DNA of 64,000 nucleotides from the human T2T-CHM13v2.0 reference genome, Homo sapiens, in assembly GCF_009914755.1 (NCBI RefSeq), contig NC_060931.1; one strand, given 5' to 3'. The position numbers and the translations under genes are program-made. This document shows positions 53,526 to 64,000 of this stretch, piece after piece (positions within the stretch are counted from its first letter, which is position 1; the number at the start of each line of letters is the position of its first letter). Under the pieces are notes generated by a model. That model was given only the letters and a program-made list of their open reading frames with translations, was not told the origin of the DNA and made no database searches.

Positions 53526-54624
53526 ATTAATTATGCATGACCCCTAAATTGTAATTTACCCAGGAGCTACATGACCCCTAAATTGTACATTGTAAGCCTC
53601 AGAAACGAGGCTCCTATTTCTCCCTTCACAACCTTGATCCAGCAGCAGCCTGTGGCCGGCTCATCCCATCTCTTCCCTTGCTTACTTAGACCCCTTCCAG
53701 GGCCAGGGGCAGGTCACTACTCACATCCTACCCCACCCACCCCAGACAGAATCCTCCTGAGTCCAGGAGATTCCAAGAGTGCAGAAGGAACCACCAAGGG
53801 GCCTGCCTGTTCAGAGGCCTGCCAGCGTTCCCTCTGGGGTTTCCCTTCAGCCAGCCTAAACTGGGCCCTCCAGCGCCGGAGGCTTCCAGACAAAGACGGA
53901 CCCTCCCTGCAGAAGGTTGGTGTTCCATCTGGGGAAAATGTCCCCAGTCACACCTCAGAAAAGCACCCCTGCCCCACCCTTTTCATGCCTTAATTTCTGA
54001 GAAACACCAACCCTCACAGCTTCGCCCTTTCTGTGTAGAAAATGTGCGCATTTCTCTGAGGGAGAGCTGTAGGCGCTGTGCCAGCCATATGGAGCAGAGC
54101 CTCCCCCACGCAGGCCCGAAACAATCATAGAAGTGGGGGCTCCCTTCCTCTCATGGGCTTGGACTTTGCCTCTGGATTTTGGACCCAAAATCTGGAGCCG
54201 GTCTGCACAGCCTAGCAATGATCTGGGGCTCATGGAAACAGTCTAGGAACCCCCACCATACTTCAGGATGGAACAATTGAGGGTCCAGCCCAGCCTTGGG
54301 GGAGCATGTCAGGGTGTTCTTTACTCAGTCAATTTAAATGGATGACAGAACTGACGCTTAGAAGCCTCATAAGACCTGCCCCCAAACAACTCACATCTGA
54401 GGATTAGAACCTGACTTGCAATGCCCAGGTGACATATATATACATGTAGAAATACAAAGACAGAGATTGATAGATATTTCTTTACTTGCCCCATCTGTGC
54501 CCCAAACACATACACACAGAGATTTCCAGCCGTTTTCTGCTTGCCCACCCATCCCCACCTCTCCCCAGAGGGACATCCATTAGGAAATGCACTTGCAGGC
54601 CATGTCTCTATCCTAATGTTGTTT

Positions 54625-54912
54625 TTTGTTTGTTCTTATTGTGCTTATTTGTTTGGTTTAGTGATGGAGTCTCACTCTGTCACCCAGACTGGAGTGCAGT
54701 GGTGCCATTATAGCTCACTGCAGCCTCAAACTCCTGGGCTCAAGCGATCCTCCCACCTCAGACTCCTGAATGGATGGAACTACAGGAACATGCCACCATG
54801 CCTGGCTAAGTTTTTTTTTTTTTTAGAGATGGGGTCTTGCTATGTTGCCCAGGCTGGTCTCAAACCCTTGGCCTTAAGTGATCCTCCCATTTCACCCTCC
54901 CAAAGTGCTGGG
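54625..54912 (-). mobile_element. AluJ
   Basis: Antisense Alu consensus. Confidence 0.85.
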
Positions 54913-54952
54913 AAGTGTCCTAAAGTTGAGGAGCTTACAGCCTGGGTTGACT

Positions 54953-54954
<2 letters not shown>

Positions 54955-55000
<46 letters not shown>

Positions 55001-55012
55001 GCACACACACAC
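54955..55012. repeat. (CA)n microsatellite
   Basis: Long AC run with one interruption. Confidence 0.9.
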
Positions 55013-55141
55013 AGAGCTGGCTCCAGGGCTCACCCACAGGTCTGCCCACCTTCCCCACCAGCACTGCCGGAAGCCCCCTCCATTAGTCTCCTGTCCTGCT
55101 CCTTCTCTGAGATGAAGAGCTCTTTAAATCATGGTCATTGT

Positions 55142-55908
<767 letters not shown>

Positions 55909-55989
55909 CTAGATCCTTACACAGAGTAGGTACAACCTGTTGGCTGAATGGGTCTCTAACCTCAAGAGCTGATGCCCCATGTCCCCTTT

Positions 55990-57240
55990 GCATTTGGGTA
56001 CAAAGAAGTGGCATGAGGGGAAGTGGAATGCTCAGCAGTCTGTCCACTTAGAGGATTCCAAGCCAGATATGGTTGCCAAAGTCCTGTCATGTGGACAAGA
56101 CTGGAGGGAGATTGGGGATCAACAGGTAGAATGTGGCAGAAGGCAAGCTTTGGCTTAGTCGTACCATCAGAACTACTCTCCGATAGGAGGGCCAGCTGGG
56201 GCAGGCTGTGGGCAGATTGCTGTGGCAATGGCGCCCAGGTGTGACCCCTGCCTTCTGGTGTTCGCCCTCGATGTAGGCTCCCCACAACACTGACACTGGG
56301 CTTGGCCACGTGACCTGCTTGCCACAGTGGGACAACAGCAAACAAGACACAAGCAAAGGTTGGAAAAGTGCTTGCCCATGGGGGCTTGTCCTCTCTCGCT
56401 GCAGGGAAATCTTCAGCCACTATGCGAAGGAGCCCAGACTAGCCTCCAAGAGGATAAGCGACCCTGTGGAGAGAGGCCCCAGCCCCAGCCATCCCAGCTG
56501 TATTAGTTGGTCTTTTTTTTTTTCCTATATTTTCTGATGCTGTGACATCTTGGAACCTCACTGACACTGCAGGGACCGATCCTCCCAGGGTTAGCTAATT
56601 CCCAGAGATAGCAAACAGCTCAAGGGGTGCATACCTTTCAAATGCAAACCAACCAATCTAGAGCCCACACCCCAACCACCTCCTCTATTGGGCTGTCATA
56701 CTCAGGGCCACTATCCCCTACCCTAATCTTCCCAGGGCCAGGTACCAGACAACTAGAGCCAGCCCCCATGCTCCAGAGCCCACTGAAATTACTCAAACTA
56801 GCCAATCCTAAACTTGCTTACCCTCACTTGCCTTGCTTTTCCTATGCAGTTGAACCAGTATTCAAACCATGTCAACGGGAATCATTCTCCATCTCAGCTT
56901 TGTTTCCTTTGGCATTGGCTTTATTCTTAGACGGTGGCAAAAGTGATCATCAAAAACTCCAGTCCTATACCTTCCAGGTTGGCAACTCCCCAGGAAAAAG
57001 AGCTCTCCTTCCTAAATGTTCCGGCAAAAGCCCCAGAGCTGACTCCCATTGGTCTGGCTTGAATCACATGTCTATTGCTGAGCCAATCACTGGGACCAGG
57101 AAAATGCAGTACTCTGATTGGTTAGATTTGAGTCGAACCAAGGAAGGGGTCAATTGCACTTGGAATGAGAATGGGGATAGGGTAGTTTCCCAAATGAAAA
57201 GAGGGTGTGTTACCAAAAAGCAGGAGAAATGGGTCTTGGG
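55990..57240. mobile_element. Composite of old LTR fragments (MLT1-like and MER21-like)
   Basis: MaLR-like motifs (GGCCACGTGACCTGCTT, TCACATGTC...CCAATCAC) and CCTCCCAGGGTTAGCTAATTCC. Confidence 0.45.
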
Positions 57241-60200
57241 AAGGAAGAAACAACAGATTTCCTCCAGGAATGCTCTGAGCCTTTCTTTCCTGGCCTGTCT
57301 GATTCCTGACAGCTTTCTGGAACCTTGTCTCAGTCTGGATTTCTTTCTGAGAGAAGGAAGAGACTCACTCCCTTTGACCCTTTACTTTTGTATTGAGAAC
57401 CAAAACCAGCTCTGACTGGCTCTTAACTTCAACCACACGGCATCAAATAAAAAATAATGTTTGACCCCGGACTTAGAAAAGGGTGGAGTGATTGTCCTTG
57501 GCTCTGACAACTGCTTCTGATAAGTATGAAGAACATTTTTGTTACTGGTTATAGTGGATTGGGGCTTGATATTAAGTCATCCAAATTGTTATTGCTCTCA
57601 TTGGGGTTATTTTACTGGTCTTTCTGCTTTGTCGGGGGGTCATTCTTTTCCACTGGGAAATTTGTTCTTTTTTTCTTCCCTTTTAATGGAGGTCGTGTTG
57701 TTGACACCTTATGTTGTAGGGATGGCTGTTCTGATTGCTTTACAAAAAGCGTAATGATCAGAAGGATTCCTTACAGCAGAACAGCACCTTGCCATCTATA
57801 AAGCACTTTCACACACGTTATTACATTTGATCTCTACAATAAGCAGCATTGAGGAGAACAAATAGTATTATATCCACTTTCTATAGATATGGAAATAGAC
57901 CCAGAGAGGTTAAGTGACTGGTTACAGGTCACAGAGCTATGTTGCCTTAGGTAGCAGGAAAATATTGGCAAGGAATAAGCAGGCATTTATTCAAGGCTTG
58001 ATTTATTTAACAAGATAAGGCTTTATTGTTACAAAGTTCATCAGGGCTCAACTCCCCAGCTCCCTTCTTATTTTGGTACACAAACTACATAGCTCCAAAG
58101 GGACACACACACACATGCACGCACACACACACACACCCTGGGCCACCAATAGCCAAGGCTAGAGCCCAGCCAAGCATGTCAGCATGCAGGCTCACCCACA
58201 AGCAGGTCTGGGAGATGCAGGCCTGGCTCATGGGCAGGTGCCCAGGAGCCCACAGCTTGGTTCAGTCCTCCCGCAGAGCTCCTCACCCAACCCAGCACCT
58301 TCTCTCCTCAAAGGGGGTGGTGGCTGGGGCTATGGGTAGGGCTGGGGCTTTGTCAGGAGGGAGGAGGCAAGTCTGGGAGGGTCTGGGGAGCTGGGGAAAT
58401 TTCCTGAATGGAAACTCCAGGCTGATATGCTGGGGACATTCCTTCCAGGGACTCTCCTCTCCCTCCACATCCTTGCCTTTTCTCTCTGTGCCTGAACCCT
58501 GGACAGAAAATGAGTAGACTTTATGGGTCACGTGGAAACCAAGGGGTAGGGCTCACCCACAAGCAGGTCACAAGACAAAAGCAGAGAGCAAGGTCACCAG
58601 AGTAGGTGCTATCTCCACTGTCCCTCCTGTCATGGGAAGAAGGGCCTCCGGGAAGCCGGGAAGCCCCCCACAACACCTCTTGCTGTGGTCCTAGGAACCT
58701 CCAGGCAATCCTCTCTGTTCCAACACTCTGCCTGTGTCCTAACAAACAAGGTAAGTGGCAACTCCTGCAGAAGTGGGCCCTGACCCTGACCCTGTCATCT
58801 CACCTCTGGGACTCATTGTGGAAGTCCTGGGCATTCAGCATGACAGACTGGCCAGTGGGGAAGTGACCCAGCCCCAGAGCTCTCTGGGAAACCTCTGCAT
58901 TGGCCCCTGACCCCACCCTGGGGTTTTCATAGATCCAAGCACCTTCCCAGCATCCAGGTGAAAGGCCCAGCGCTTATTAAACCCTGCCCAACCTGGCCTG
59001 GATGCTTCCTGGATGTGCACTGCTGGGAGACTTCTATTCTGGAAGATCCTGTCACAAAGAAGAATAGGAAATGCCAGAAACTCATCTATCTGATAGGATT
59101 TGTTTTTCCCCATAGGAGAAAAACCCAATCACACCATCTCCCACTTGGAACAACTGCAATTACCCACTCCCCGTAAGTGGAAGAACACCAGGGCTAATCA
59201 AATGACACCACTCCGGGAAGCCAATGGCTCCCAGTACCAATCTTTTTGAAAAGCCCATATGGAAAGCTACAAATTCTATTTGTCTTGTCCTGGGGGGGAA
59301 ATGAGTTTTAAATATGTTGAATCAAAAATGATATATACCAGACACTAGTGATCCAGAACAAACGCCTTGGGAGAAAAACTACTCTGAAAATGTTCAGTAT
59401 TCAGGTTGCCAAAGAACTGGGAATTTAGGCTGAAATATACAAGCACAGAACATTCACACTGGACAGCCACATGTCCCTTACCAGGCCCGGATGGAATTGG
59501 TCCTCAGACAGAGCCCTGGTTCCTTCCTGAGCACTGGCCTCAGCAGCTTCCCCCAGGGACACTCCCTGCCACCTCCTGGTGAGCTTCAATGTCTTCCTGC
59601 TGGGCCAGGCTGCCGAGGCCTGAAGATCTCGGGTCCACCCTATGCAGCCAGCCTGACCGGGTTGAGGAAAGGCTGGGGAGGTAAAGAAGAGGTCTGCTTT
59701 CCACCAGATTCCCAAGCCCAGCAGACAATTATGCCATTAAATAGTCAGTTTACAAACCATGGAGGGCACTGATTGTTCTCTTCCAAGACAAACTGGTGAG
59801 GTAGGAAGCTCCTGGGAGTAGGCACTGGGAGACCTAGGTTCTAATCCCAGCTCCACTAGTAGCTGCTAGTGCCAAAGGTCTTGGACAAATCCCTTCTCCT
59901 GTCTAGTCCTTAGTTGATAAAATAAGAAACTGAATTTAAATGCTCTCTTTCGATTCTACAACTAACATATTTTTTTTTCTTTTCACTCTTTCAAGAGTCT
60001 GTAGAAAAGGGTAGGAAAAGATCCCTCTTTTTTTTCAAGAGGGTAGAGAATGGTGAATAAGAGCAGTCTTTCAAATCAGCCTGCACAGGTTTGAATCCCA
60101 GCCTGGCTCCTTTCAAACTGTGTGACCCTGAGCAAGTGACTTAACCCTCTCTGTGCTTCCATTTTCTCTTCTCTACCATGAAGATAGTAGTATCTGTCTC

Positions 60201-62139
60201 ACAGCCTTGTGAAAGGACATGATGAATTAGCATTCAAAGGCCTTTCAATAGCTCCTAGCACATAGCTATTATTTCTTCAGCAACTACTGTATACCACGCT
60301 CTGTCCCAGGCACTGCAGAGACAGAAGTGATTGAGAGCCATGGTCCTTGCCCTCCAGGATCGTACTGTCTCCTAGGAAAATGTTGCCCTGGCAGCCTCTC
60401 TCTGATGGTCACATGTTTGCATCCCTAAGGGTAGGATCGTTCCTGGCCTTCTGCCCAGGCACGGGGTTGGGCATGAAACAAGTCCCCCCACAGGTCTCTG
60501 AGGCGCATACCAGCTGCCTGACTCTTGATTTTTTCTTTCCCTGCTTCTTTACTGCTTTTCCCCTCCTGATTCCACTTGATGTCTAACTTCAAAGAGAATA
60601 GAAATAAATAAAAGCTCCTGCAAAAGAGGCTGTCTTCCTCCTCCCTCTGCATTCCCTCTCTAATCTTCTCTCCAGTCTCCGCCTGTTGGTGTTGCATCAT
60701 TCCTGCTCACAGCCTCGCTCCATTTGCCCCGTTTAGGGAGCTACGAGATCCCTCGGTGCCTCCTGCCCTCCTAAGAACACACTCTGGCCTTGCTCTTCCT
60801 AGAACCCGACATGGCCATAATCTTCTTGGTTCGTGAGGACATTGGCTGCAGGAACATTCAGCTGTGTTTTCCCAGGGGATGGGGGCGGGGGCCAGAGAAA
60901 TTGTTCAGCTCCTGCGCAGTCAGCAGGGAAGGTAATCGGGATTAATCTGAGCACTGCCAAATGCAGATGAGTCCCAGCCAAGGAGGGAGGGCAGGAAGCT
61001 ACTGTCTCAGGGGCCAGCTGCTGCTGCCGCCAGGGGGTCCGGGGAAGAGGAATGAGGCACTGGCACAGATCAGAGAGCCCCAAGAGGTTTGGACAGCATC
61101 GTGGAGGTCTGGGGCCGCCCAGCCCAGTCTGGCCAGGAGGGCTGCTTGGTGGATGTCTTTCATGGCATGTTGAGAGCTGGCAGGCTAACTGTGTATGCAC
61201 AAATGCACACTGGCTGTTTGAGGAATTCCCAAATCCCTTGCTGGAGGCTAGATGATGAAAAACAGGATTCTAGAGGAATCCTGTGGCCTCCCGTGCCACC
61301 ATGCTCATTCTTGGGCTGCCAGGGGTCGGGGGGTGCTGGGAGGAGGAGTGCAAATGGCAGCCCTTTGGCCAATTCTGGCAGGTCCTGGGTCAGACAGATT
61401 AAATGATGGTAAGCGAGGAGTTGGGCAAATATTTCTGAGTGCCTACTATGTGCCCGATGCTGTGCCAGGCTCCAGAGAAACAAAACTGAACAAATAGAGG
61501 GGCTCATAGCCTGGTGGGAAGACAGTGGCACTGGGGGACACAGAGGCTCCCTGAGCTGTGGGAAACATGTGGAGGTGATCTTTGGGGTCCTGGCACCCCC
61601 TCCTCCATGCCCCTCATCCCTGCAAGTACCATAATCCTTTTACAGTATTAGTGGCTGATGGAGAGTTACTTCCAGGATGATTTGTTTAAAGAGGAAATTC
61701 TTGAAGCCCTCAAACCCTCCAGTGCTAACAGGGGGCAGGGGATCAAAATGGCAACGTTTTAGGCCTCCTGCTACATCTGGGAAGGGGGAAGAAGTAATCA
61801 CCCACTGACCTGAGGTCAGGATGTCAGGGGCCTGGTCCATGCCCTGTCACTCCAGGCTGGGTGAGCTGGGGCAAGTCACTAAGCTCTCAAAGCCTCCCTC
61901 CCAGGTTTCTGTGCAGCTTAGAGGAGATGCTGTAATTGGCAGGGAAGGGGCAGACCATGGTGTGATGCACGGCTGGAGCCTCCCTGTCTTCATCTTGCAG
62001 TAGCCCTGTGGCCCTTTCATATCCCTGGATGCACACTTGCTGCTGAGTTTCCTATGGGTCATGTTCACATTGATTTATGTGTAAACAGTTGTTGAAAATA
62101 ATACAATATTTTATGAGGCTAAACAGAAGACAAGGGGCC

Positions 62140-64000
<1,861 letters not shown>

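Noticed and set aside
56627-57415. 262-aa ORF, the longest in the window
   Set aside because: GTG start, runs across unrelated old LTR fragments, and has no recognisable domain.
57520-57760. Minus-strand protein-like reading (KQSEQPSLQHKV...NNNLDDLISSPNP)
   Set aside because: Interrupted by stops and I cannot recognise a parent protein. A tblastx search would be needed to call a pseudogene.

Overview
Human genomic DNA covering the leptin locus (7q32). On the + strand it contains the MIR129-1 hairpin (1359-1430), about 33 kb of repeat-rich upstream regulatory DNA, and the complete three-exon LEP gene. LEP has a CpG-island promoter with HRE, Sp1, C/EBP and TATA elements; exon 1 is 34743-34771; the CDS is 45483-45626 plus 47868-48227 and encodes intact 167-aa pre-leptin; the 3' UTR runs to about 51092. 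Downstream lie the 3' (TTTC)n microsatellite and Alu/LTR/L1-rich DNA. No other ORF in the track looks like a real protein gene. The locus is well studied and I see no new protein-coding system. The most interesting sequence-level observations are: (1) the MER11 placental-enhancer LTR is not a clean solo LTR, because it keeps a tRNA-Lys primer-binding site inside its 6-bp TSD; (2) a 245-bp templated duplication about 21 kb upstream carries a repair-scar signature (12-bp direct repeat plus a perfect 13-bp hairpin) and appears to sit inside a candidate lncRNA exon; (3) a dense CCAAT/CRE/AP-1/CEBP-ATF cluster lies at about -24 kb; (4) strong + strand splice signals, including an exon that would carry miR-129-1, suggest an upstream spliced non-coding transcript. 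Repeat family names and variant IDs are from memory, not database searches, and repeat boundaries are approximate.
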